Shown here: piece by piece, positions 1 to 9,238 of the stretch
Layout of the letters: every line of letters begins with the position of its first letter
Numbering within the stretch: position 1 is the stretch's first letter
Assembly (NCBI GenBank): GCA_965223905.1
Contig: CBDCXV010000010.1
Span: forward strand, 1,984,001 to 2,048,000
Origin: Candidatus Latescibacterota bacterium
GTDB taxonomy: Bacteria; Latescibacterota; UBA2968; UBA8231
Direction: 5' to 3'
Length of the DNA stretch: 64,000 nt
Notes under the pieces: model-generated
Databases searched by the model: none
The model's input: the letters and a program-made list of their open reading frames with translations, nothing else
What the model was told of the DNA's origin: nothing
Program-made: the position numbers and the translations under genes

Positions 1-991
1 ACCTGTTGCAGCGTCATGTCGACGCCGTCGGGCGCCTCGATGAGGATCTCGTCGAACCCCCTGCTGCCCGACTCGAAGGTCGAGCGGATGAAATACGACA
101 ACCCCCCCGAAGAACGTACTGTCCGATTTCCAGGCCGCGCGCGCCTCCTCTTCGGTGCCCGGGTATTCATCCCCGTTCTTCTTGTAGTAGCGGGTTGTGC
201 GCTCGACCGTATCGCCGGTTCGGGTTTGTAAGATGAGATTCGTACCCGGCGGCACGTCGGCCTCCCACTCGATGGAAGCCAGGTTCTGAGGGGTCTCCGC
301 CAGCTCTATGAACGGGGACTCCCCTCCGAACTCAGACGAGATCTGCGACTCCGCCAGGAACCCTTCCCCGAAAAACTGGAGCTCCGACAGCCCGTGGCTC
401 CCTTGCCCTGGCTCGAACTCGGAGTAGTGGGTGAGCCTGTAGGTGAAGGCAAAATGCTTGACCTTCGTGAGCGGGAATTTGAAGTCGTGGTAATTTTGCC
501 CCCACACGATGTCGCTGAGCGACCCTACCGTCTTCCAGGCCAGTTCGCCGCCGGCATTGGTGGAGCCGTCCGAGAGCTGAATTCGGTAGGCTCTGAACGG
601 GCCTGGGGGCTGGAGGGCCGTGAGTACCCTGATATTGTCCAAAAAGTAGGAGCCTCCAAGATCTATGAACAACGAGCGCTCTGCATCCGGCGGAGCCGAA
701 ATCGGCAACCTGTCGGGATCGTACGATCCCTGGGCAGACCAGAACAACACCTCGCCGAAGAGGTCCCCATCTACCACGGCCCCTGCCTGGTCGTTATTCT
801 CCCAGCCGGTCACGCTGCCGCCCCGCTCCAGTACTTCCGTGCCGATATTGTCGCCGATGGCCCAGACCTCGATCTCGGCCAGCCTGGGCTGATCAGCGAC
901 AATTATTTCTCCCGCCTGACGACAAGTAGAATTCCCGGATTTCCGCGTCGGCAGTATCCTATTCTAACCCCCTGTAAACACTGGAGGTTAA

Positions 992-2493
992 ATGGTTACC
1001 GACGCCCAAGTGAGGAGACTGATGAAGCTGATTCGAACCGAGAAGACGTTGGCCGTGGCCGCCGCCAAGGCCGGCATGGACGAGAAGACCGCGCGTAAGT
1101 ACCGCGATGCGGGGCAGCTGCCGAGCCAGTTGGCCGCCGAGCCTACGTGGCGCACCCGGGTCGATCCCTTCGAGCAGGTATGGCCGGAGTTGAAGGACCT
1201 GCTCGACCACAACCCGGGCCTGGAGGCCAAGCAGTTGTTCGAGTACCTGCAGCGCCAGCACCCCGGCGCGTTTGCCGACGGGCAGTTGCGCACCCTTCAG
1301 CGCCGGGTGAAGGTCTGGCGCGCCCTGGAGGGTCCGGCCAAAGAGGCGTATTTCCCCCAGCTTCACAAGCCCGGGCAACTGGGGCAGTCGGATTTCACGG
1401 ACCTGAGCTCCCTGGGCGTCACCCTCCAGGGCCGTCCCTTCAACCATCTGCTCTACCACTTCGTGCTCACCTACTCCAACTGGGAGACGGTCAGGATCTG
1501 TTTCTCCGAGAGCTTCGAGGCGCTCAGCGCCGGTCTGCAAGACGCCTTGTGGGAGTTGGGGGGCGTGCCCCGGGCTCACCAGACCGACTGCCTGAGTGCG
1601 GCCGTGCATAAGCTCGGCCACCCCAACCCCTTTCACGCGTCGATTCGACGCCCTGCTGTCTCACTACGGCCTGGAAGGGCGCAAGACCCACCCGGGCAGC
1701 CCGCACGAAAACGGGGACGTGGAGCAGGGACATTATCGCTTCGTCCGGGCCGTCGAGCAGGGTCTGATGCTGCGGGGCAGCCGCGACTTCGTCTCCAGGG
1801 ACGAGTATGCCGGCTTCCTGCGCACGATACTGACTCAGCGCAACGCCGGACGCCAGGAGAAGCTGGCCGAGGAGCTGGAGGTGGTGCGCCGTCTGCCGGC
1901 TCGACGGCTCGACGACTTCAAGCGGCTGGAGGTGCGGGTGAGCCCGTTCAGTACGATCCGGGTGCAGGACAACACCTACTCGGTCCACAGCCGCCTGATC
2001 GGCGAACGCGTGCAGGTGCGTCTGTACGCGGACCATGTCGACGTCTACTACGCCCAGCGCCATCTCGAACGGATTCCGCGGCTGCGCGGCAAGGGCGGGC
2101 ACTGCATCCAGTATCGCCACGTCATCGACTCGCTGGTGCGCAAACCCGGTGCCTTCGCCCACTACCGGTACCGCGACGACCTGTTTCCGACCACGCGTTT
2201 CCGGCTCGCCTACGATAGCCTGCGCGCAACGCACAGCGATACCGCGGCCAGCCGCCAATATCTGCTGATTCTTCAACTGGCGGCCCGGGAGAGCCAGGAG
2301 CGCGTCGAGGCGCTGCTGCAGCGGTTGCTGGACGCCCGGCAGCCGCTGAGCGCGGAGCGGGTCAGGCAGTTGCTGCAAGCCGGCGCCCGGAGCGACGCTC
2401 CGGCCGCCTCGGTCCAGGTGCGACCGGGTCGACCTGCGCCTCTACGACCGCCTGCTGTCGTCGCCCCCGTTGGCACAGGCGGTGGCGCCATGA
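992..2493 (+). CDS. istA: IS21 transposase IstA (DDE), with two apparent +1 frameshifts (~1632 and ~2427)
   Basis: HTH start (AAAKAGMDEKTARKY), QSDFT, HQTDCLSAAV, ENGDVEQ motifs across ORFs 992+ and 1596+. The C-terminus ...VDLRLYDRLL... ends in a TGA overlapping the istB ATG (ATGA). Confidence 0.88.
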
Positions 2494-3251
2494 CCCGACG
2501 AAACACGCGCAAGCTCCTGCAGGACGGGCTCAAGGAGCTGCGCTTGCCGGCCATGCGCAGCGGCTTTCCGCAGGTCGCCGAGCATGCCCGCGCCGATTCG
2601 GCCAGCTACGAGCAGTTCCTGCTGGCGCTGGTCGACCAGGAACGCGACGTGCGCCGCCAGCGCCGCATCGAGCGCGCCCTGCGGGCCTCCCACCTGCCCC
2701 TGGACAAGACCCTGGAGACCTTCGAGCGCACGCGACTGCCCCGCAAGATCGACCCCCTCGTCAACGCCCTCATCGAGGGCTCCTTTCTCGACCGCTGCGA
2801 AAACGTGCTGGCCTTCGGCCCACCCGGCAGCGGCAAGACCCACCTGCTGTGTGCCATCGGTCTGGAGTTGATCTACGCCGGGCGCCGCGTGCTGTTCCGG
2901 CGCTGCGACGTGCTCGTGCAGGAGCTGCTGGCCGCCAAGCGCGATCTCGTCCTGCCGCGGGTGCTCAAGCAGTGGGGCCGCTTCGACGCCCTCCTGATCG
3001 ACGACCTCGGCTACGTCCAGCACAGCCGTCAGGAGATGGAGGTGCTGTTCAACCTGCTGGCGCACCGCTACGAGCGCGGCAGTGTCCTGATCACCAGCAA
3101 CCTGCCGTTTTCCCGATGGGAGGAGATCTTCAAAGACCCCATGACCACCGCGGCGGCCATCGACCGCCTGGTCCACCACAGCGTTATCCTCGAACTCAAC
3201 ATCTCCAGCTACCGGCTGGAGGCGTCGAAAAAGAAGCGTCGTGCCGCCTGA
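2490..3251 (+). CDS. istB: IS21 helper ATPase IstB
   Basis: Walker A GPPGSGKTH, Walker B LLIDDLGY, ITSNLPFSRW, AAIDRLVHHS. Confidence 0.95.
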   Translation: MTRRNTRKLLQDGLKELRLPAMRSGFPQVAEHARADSASYEQFLLALVDQERDVRRQRRIERALRASHLPLDKTLETFERTRLPRKIDPLVNALIEGSFLDRCENVLAFGPPGSGKTHLLCAIGLELIYAGRRVLFRRCDVLVQELLAAKRDLVLPRVLKQWGRFDALLIDDLGYVQHSRQEMEVLFNLLAHRYERGSVLITSNLPFSRWEEIFKDPMTTAAAIDRLVHHSVILELNISSYRLEASKKKRRAA

Positions 3252-3639
3252 CGGGGCGAAGAGTTCGTGGCTAGCCCGGCCCCAGGCCAACGGTCGGGAC
3301 GACGCCGTCCCGGAGCGCAACACGGATGTGGATAATTTGCCAGTGCGGGAGGTGTCCTGCAGCCCATGTGCTTACCCGCTCAGACCGTGCCCTCTACAGG
3401 CTACGAAAGAGGTACAACCCCAACCCAGAACGGGAATTCTAATTGTCGTCAGAGGGAATTTCTAGTTGACGCCGATCACTTTAGTAGACTACCGGCCCCT
3501 GCCTCTCCGTGCCCGCCAGAGCGTCCCAATCCTCTTTCCCATCCAGCAACCTCACCTTCCCCGACACCTCTCGCCGGAAGTACTCTATCTCTCCCTGCCG
3601 GTCGGCTGACAGACTATCGTATTCGGACTGGGAAACCTG

Positions 3640-5679
3640 GAAGCGACCAGTCAATGCTGGTCGATAGGGAAGGAAAGGAGGTGAGACCTTTCCGGAAATA
3701 TCGTTTGTCATCCAGCGGGTGCAAAACCCGCCCGGCCAAAGCTGAGCCCGGCAGGCCGGAAGCGAGCCTTTGCGCCGGTCCCGGTAACGGGGCGGGTGAT
3801 GCGTAAGGCAGCGAGCGAGTGGGCCGTGGGGTTGCAGCTCCGAAAGAAAGTATCGTCCCGGCAGAGCCCAAGGGGTTCGGTTTCTGGAAGGCAGCAGTGT
3901 CGTCACCGGGTAGAAGTGGGCGAGGCGACGGCGCACCGGCGGAGTGGATGACCATGGCACGTTCGAAGAGGATGATCCAAGTAAACTGGGAGGCCCTTGT
4001 TTTCCACGGTGTGATCCGGTCCGGGGAGCCGTATGAAAGTCTCCAGCGTGTCCCACGTCGGAGGACGCACGCGGGACGCGGCGACGAACACCCGTCCCTA
4101 CCGTGGTAGGTCGTTGGCGAGGGGAACCGGAGCCGCGACCGATGAAGCAAGGGAGTCGGAGGGCTGCAAAGTAGCAAAGACCTCGGGGAACGGTCGGCAC
4201 CGGACCCGGGCAAGCGAAGGTAACCCGCGTTGGTATGAACTTCAGGAGGGTATCATGACCGATGCATCGACATCGGGGGACATGTCCCTGGGACTCTTGA
4301 AGGTAGCGGAACGAGCGAGGCGCGAGCCGCGCGGCCAGTTTCACTCGCTCGCCCACCTGATCGATGTGGATGCTCTGCGCAGGGCGTATGAACGCCAGCG
4401 GCCCAACGTGGCCCCTGGCACCGACGGCGTGACCAAGGCGCAGTACGGGCAGGAACTGGAGAGCAATCTTCGGGACCTGCACCAGCGACTGCGCAGCATG
4501 CGGTGGCGTCATCAGCCCCTGCGGAGGGTCCACATCCCCAAGGAAGGACAGCGTGGTGAGACGCGACCGATCGGCATCGCGTGTTTCGAGGACAAGTTGG
4601 TCCAAGGGGCACTGAGCGAGGTGCTGTCGGCCGTCTACGAGCAGGACTTTCGGGACTGCTCTCACGGCTACCGGCCGGGGCGCAGTGCCCATGATGCACT
4701 GCGGGCACTGGATCGGGCGGGTATGAGAGGCGAGGCGAACTGGGTGCTGGAGGCGGATATTGAGTCGTTCTTCGATAGTGTGAGTTGGACTCAACTTCGC
4801 GAGATCCTCCAGCAGCGGATTCCCGATGGGTCGATCACCCGGCTCGTCGGGAAGTGCATGCACGCGGGGGTGCTCGACGGCGAGGAGTTTTTGACGCCGG
4901 ATAGTGGCACGCCCCAGGGGTCGGCTCTGTCTCCGCTGCTCGGGAACCTCTTTCTGCACTATGTGCTGGATCAGTGGTTTGAGGACGAGATCAAGCCGCG
5001 CTTACGCGGAAAGGCGCACCTGATCAGGTACGCCGACGATTTTGTGATCGGCTTCGAACGACAGGACGACGCGCAACGTGTGCAGGAGGTGTTGCCCAAG
5101 CGGATGGGGAAGTATGGGCTGCGCCTGCGGCCGGACAAAACACGGCTCATTCCTTTCGCACGCCCCTCACAGGGCCAGACGAAAGGGAAGGGGCCGGGCT
5201 CCTTCGACCTGTTGGGGGTTTACGTGCTACTGGTATCGAGCCCGTACAGGTCGATGGGTGCTGGCGTACAAGACCAAGCGTGCACGACGGAAGCGGGCCA
5301 TCCGGGCCGTGTATACATGGTGTCGGCAACATCGACACCTGTCGATTCCTGAACAGCACGCCGCCCTCACCAAGCGACTGGAAGGCCACTACAACTATTT
5401 CGGGGTGAACGGCAATGTCGGCAGCCTTGTCCGGCTCGTCGAGCACACGAAGCGCGCATGGTTTAAGTGGCTGAATCGCCGTAGCCAGCGAAGTCGCCTG
5501 AACTGGGAGCGATTCGAGGACCTGCTTCGGGATTACCCGCTCCCGCCACCCCGCCGCGTCGTCCAGCTGTCGAGTGGTTAGAACCGCGAGCCATATCAGC
5601 AGAGGAGCCGGATGGTGGAAATCTCCAAGTCCGGATCTGGGGAGGGCCGGAGCTGGGCAACTGGCTCCGGCTACTCAAC
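3640..5679 (+). mobile_element. Group II intron (retroelement) inserted antisense into the FlgD-domain pseudogene
   Basis: RT/maturase ORF; domain V gagccggatggtggaaatctccaagtccggatct (~5605-5638); domain VI hairpin gccggagc...gctccggc with bulged A at 5673 and end ...ctactcaac. Removing it rejoins ggaaacctg|cctcgccc, matching the paralogue at ~8384-8400. Boundary is uncertain by 1 nt. Confidence 0.92.
4255..5581 (+). CDS. ltrA: Group II intron reverse transcriptase/maturase (no endonuclease domain), frameshift at ~5215 in a G/T run
   Basis: APGTDG, RPIGI, DKLVQ, GYRPGRSAHDA, EADIESFFD, GTPQGSALSPLLGNLFLH, RYADDFV; maturase X domain (LEGHYNYFG...WLNRRSQR) continues in ORF 5078-5581. Confidence 0.93.
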
Positions 5680-6415
5680 CCTCGCCCTGCCGAAGTCGCT
5701 GTCCGTGATCCCCACCCCGACGTATCGGATAATGTCGCCGGTAAAATCGCCCAGTGCGTTGGGCCACTTCGTCGGTAGCTGTTTGGTCAGATCGATCTCG
5801 AAAACCCGCTCGTTCTTGATCGGTTTGTCCGTGGTGAAGCGTGTCCGGAAAACAAGCTGATCGAGGGTTCTCTGTCCCTGTGAAGTGGTCACCTTGAACT
5901 GCAGAAAAGGGTCTCCCAGATCTTCACCGACAAACTTGAGGACGATCCTGGGGGCAGATACCGTCCGCCCCAGATCGATCTGCACCCACCAGTCTTCCAA
6001 CAGATCGGACGTGTCCGGTCCCCAGTAGGTGTCCATCCTGCCATCCATGAGGTCATGTCGCTCGGGCGATTGGATCCGGCAGCTAATATTCCGCCGCCGA
6101 ATTCGGCGGCATTGGCATTGAGGGCGGCGTTGATGCCGGGAACGACGACTTCCTCGCCATCTATCTCCAGGCTCGTGTGCTTACGGATCAAGGCGGGCTT
6201 CACGCCCTCATCGCTGATCTGGACCGTGTTGGCAGCGGAGTGCCAGCGTTCCCAATGCTCCCTGGAATCGACGACCACCTTGCCTGACTCCAGCGAATAC
6301 CCCTCCTTCCCCGGCACACGCCCGCCGCAAACAATGTCAACACGGAACAGACCAGGGCAGTTCTGATTGAGTTGAGAGAAAATGCCGCCGATCTCATGGC
6401 TTCTCCTGACTAGCC

Positions 6416-9205
6416 TCAATAAGCGACGTGCACCAATCGATGGACCGAGGTGTTCTTCTTGGATGTCGAATGCACATCCAGGTCGATGCGCATCAGATAG
6501 ATCCCCGGTGGCACGATCGCTCCCGACTGATCAACTCCCGTCCACGCCACCGTATGACGACCCGCCGTTATGGTCTCCTCAGTTATCCGCGCCACCAGCC
6601 GGCCGCTCAGATCGTACACTTCCACCTGAACCGGCGTCGAAGCAAGCACCCGCATCAGCGAAAAACTGACCTCCAGCTCGTCGTTGATGCCGTCGCCATT
6701 GGGCGTGAACCCGCTATCGACCTGCAGATCCCCCAGCAGCTCGCCGCGCTCCAGCGCCAACACCACCGTCGTCTCGCTGTCCACAACCCCGTTGGCATCG
6801 CCGTCATCCGCCCGCTGCCACGAGTTCTCGAACTCCGAGTGCCCCAGGGAGCCGATGAAAAACGTGTTGTACACGAATATGGTCGCCTCGAACTGAAGCT
6901 CCACCAGCGCTGATCCACTCGTCGTCTTGATCGCAGCCGGCAGACGCACCCACAGCGAATCCGTCTCCATCACCACCTCGAACCCCTCGCTCTCCGCCGT
7001 ATACGTTACGGCTTCCTGCCCCGTCACGTCTACACTCACCTGTTGCAGCGTCATGTCGACGCCGTCGGGCGCCTTGATGAGGATCTCGTCGAACCCCCTG
7101 CTGCCCGACTCGAAGGTCGAGCGGATGAAATACGACAGCTGCTGCTTCGTGCCGATCTCCTCCAGACGCGAGGGCAGCACCTCGCCCACGATCGTGCCGG
7201 CCACCGGCCTCACGAAGTTCAGCGCCACAGAACGCAGCGTGGCCGCTGCCATGGGATCTTCCGTCAGCAAGGTCGTCCTGATGGCGACGAACTTCCTGGG
7301 ACTGGGCGAGGTGATCTTTTCGCCTGAATCGAAGTAGGGCTGACTCCAGCCACTCCAGTCACTGCCCGGGATCGTCTCGGGTATGGCCGGGCCCACCGCA
7401 GCTTCCCCCCCGAACCACGTACTGTCCGATTTCCAGGCCGCGCGCGCCTCCTCTTCGGTGCCCGGGTATTCATCCCCGTTCTTCTTGTAGTAGCGGGTTA
7501 TGCGCTCGACCGTATCGCCGGTTCGGGTTTGTAAGATGAGATTCGTACCCGGCGGCACGTCGGCCTCCCACTCGATGGAAGCCAGGTTCTGAGGGGTCTC
7601 CGCCAGCTCTATGAACGGGGACTCCCCTCCGAACTCAGACGAGATCTGCGACTCCGCCAGGAACCCCTCGCCAAAAAACTGGACCTCCGACAGCCCGAAT
7701 GAGTCGGCGACAAACTCGGCCGACCCATCATTGGGCCACAATCGGTAGGTGAACGCGAAAAACTTTGCCTTGGTGAGCGGAAACTTGAAGTCGTTGTACC
7801 TCTCGCTGGTCGGACCCGAGGAAATGTTGAGACTTTTGACCGACCCCACAGTCTTCCAGGCCAGGCTGCCGCCGGCATTGGTGGAGCCGTCGGAGAGCTG
7901 GATTCTGTATTCGGGAAATGGACTGGTCCACGTCGACTTGCCGAATATCTGCAGCACCCTGATATTGTCCAGAAAGAAAGCGCCGCCAAAATCTATGATC
8001 AGCTGGCGCTCGATATCCACCGGCTCTGACGGCGGAAGAAAACTGGGGTTGAAGCCCCCTACGGCGGGCCAGTACGGCACGTCACCGAAGTAGTCTCCGT
8101 CGACCACCGCGCCTTCAGCGCCGTTGTTGTCGACGCTCGTCACCCTGCCTCCCCGCGCAATTACTCCCGTGCCGATGTTGTCGCCAATAGCCCAGACCTC
8201 GATCTCGGCCAGTCTGGGAACCTCGCGGCGGTAGTAGACCACCGGCCCCTGCCTCGCCGTGCCCGCCAGAGCGTCCCAATCCTCCTTCCCCCCTCGCAGT
8301 AGCCTTTCCCTCCCGGAAGCGTCACGCCGGAAGTACTCTATGTCTCCCTGCCGGTCGGACGGCAGGCTCTCGTATTCGGACTGGGAAACCTGCCTCGCCT
8401 TGCCGTAATCGCTGTCCGTGATCCCGACTCCGACGTACCGGATGATGTCGCCGGTGAAGTCGCCGGTTGTATTGGGCCACTTCGTCGCCGGCTGTTTGGT
8501 CAGATCGATCTCGATTACCCGCTCGTTCTTGATCGGTTTGTCCGTGGTGAAGCGGGTACGGAACAGACGCGGACCGATGGTTTTTTCTCCCTGAGAGGTC
8601 GTCACCTTGAACTGCAGAAAAGGGTCTCCCAGCTCCTCCCCGACAAACTTGAGGATGATCTTGGTGGCAGATACCGTCCGCCCCAGATCGATCTGCACCC
8701 ACCAGTCTTCCAACAGATCGGACGTGTCCGGTCCCCAGTAGGTGTCCATCCTGCCATCCATGAGGTCGATGTCGCTCGGGCGATTGGATCCGGCAGCTAA
8801 TATCCCGCCGCCGAATTCGGCGGCATTGGCATTGAGGGCGGCGTTGATGCCGGGAACGACGACTTCCTCGCCATCTATCTCCAGGCTCGTGTGCTTACGG
8901 ATGAAGGAGGGCTTCACGCCCTCATCGCTGATCTGGACCGTGTTGGCAGCGGAGTGCCAGCGTTCCCAATGCTCCCTGGAATCGACGACCACCTTGCCTG
9001 ACTCCAGCGAATACCCCTCCTGTCCCCAGCACTGACCTACCGCCGACAACGTCAACGCGGAACAGATTAGTGCCGCGCGGCACAAGTCCGTTATCAGTTG
9101 AGCGTCGACCCATCCCGGCTCGCGGCGCTCACCTTGTGGCAACGTACTTACGCCGCGAGGCACTCGGATTCTTATCGAGTGGAGCAAAAATGCCGATGAG
9201 CGCAC
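6416..9205 (-). CDS. Large secreted protein with discoidin-like modules and C-terminal FlgD Ig-like domain
   Basis: Signal-like segment ...ALICSALTLSAVGQCWG-QEG; WWVQIDLGR discoidin-like motif; C-terminus FTPNGDGINDEL...VEVYDLSGRLV...WTGVDQSGAIVPPGIYL. GTG start at 9205 after aaggag aligns with the paralogue start. Confidence 0.8.
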   Translation of the reverse strand: MRSSAFLLHSIRIRVPRGVSTLPQGERREPGWVDAQLITDLCRAALICSALTLSAVGQCWGQEGYSLESGKVVVDSREHWERWHSAANTVQISDEGVKPSFIRKHTSLEIDGEEVVVPGINAALNANAAEFGGGILAAGSNRPSDIDLMDGRMDTYWGPDTSDLLEDWWVQIDLGRTVSATKIILKFVGEELGDPFLQFKVTTSQGEKTIGPRLFRTRFTTDKPIKNERVIEIDLTKQPATKWPNTTGDFTGDIIRYVGVGITDSDYGKARQVSQSEYESLPSDRQGDIEYFRRDASGRERLLRGGKEDWDALAGTARQGPVVYYRREVPRLAEIEVWAIGDNIGTGVIARGGRVTSVDNNGAEGAVVDGDYFGDVPYWPAVGGFNPSFLPPSEPVDIERQLIIDFGGAFFLDNIRVLQIFGKSTWTSPFPEYRIQLSDGSTNAGGSLAWKTVGSVKSLNISSGPTSERYNDFKFPLTKAKFFAFTYRLWPNDGSAEFVADSFGLSEVQFFGEGFLAESQISSEFGGESPFIELAETPQNLASIEWEADVPPGTNLILQTRTGDTVERITRYYKKNGDEYPGTEEEARAAWKSDSTWFGGEAAVGPAIPETIPGSDWSGWSQPYFDSGEKITSPSPRKFVAIRTTLLTEDPMAAATLRSVALNFVRPVAGTIVGEVLPSRLEEIGTKQQLSYFIRSTFESGSRGFDEILIKAPDGVDMTLQQVSVDVTGQEAVTYTAESEGFEVVMETDSLWVRLPAAIKTTSGSALVELQFEATIFVYNTFFIGSLGHSEFENSWQRADDGDANGVVDSETTVVLALERGELLGDLQVDSGFTPNGDGINDELEVSFSLMRVLASTPVQVEVYDLSGRLVARITEETITAGRHTVAWTGVDQSGAIVPPGIYLMRIDLDVHSTSKKNTSVHRLVHVAY

Positions 9206-9238
9206 TTCTTTCTCCTTGCTTCGTGACAGCACCGCTAA

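Larger units (their letters stand above)
890..3478 (+). mobile_element. IS21-family insertion sequence
   Basis: TG...CA termini with long imperfect inverted repeats (left tgatcagcgacaattatttctcccgcctgacgacaagtagaattccc; right, reverse-complemented, tgatcggcgtcaactagaaattccctctgacgacaattagaattccc) enclosing istA and istB. Confidence 0.92.
1..6397 (-). pseudogene. Disrupted paralogue of the secreted FlgD-domain protein at 6416-9205, interrupted by a group II intron and an IS21, with internal deletions and frameshifts; 3' end runs off the window
   Basis: 1-100 matches ~7038-7137; 101-393 matches ~7405-7696 (~270 bp missing in between); 3480-3639 matches ~8232-8392; 5680-6300 matches ~8393-9015. 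The ATG at 6397 gives signal peptide MRSAAFSLNSIRTALVCSVLTLFAAGVC, which aligns with the paralogue. 1-bp deletion at ~6054 (aggtcatgtc vs aggtcgatgtc). Confidence 0.9.

Noticed and set aside
1596-3251. IstA-IstB fusion ORF
   Set aside because: Produced by the extra base at ~2427; the normal ATGA overlap at 2490 is present.
4255-5581. RT as a diversity-generating retroelement acting on the paralogue arrays
   Set aside because: It has YADD, a maturase domain and intron domains V/VI; no template/variable repeat pair or adenine-specific differences were seen.
9085-9100. agtccgttatca matches part of the S. pyogenes tracrRNA
   Set aside because: Only 12 nt, with no cas gene, array or anti-repeat nearby; compatible with chance.
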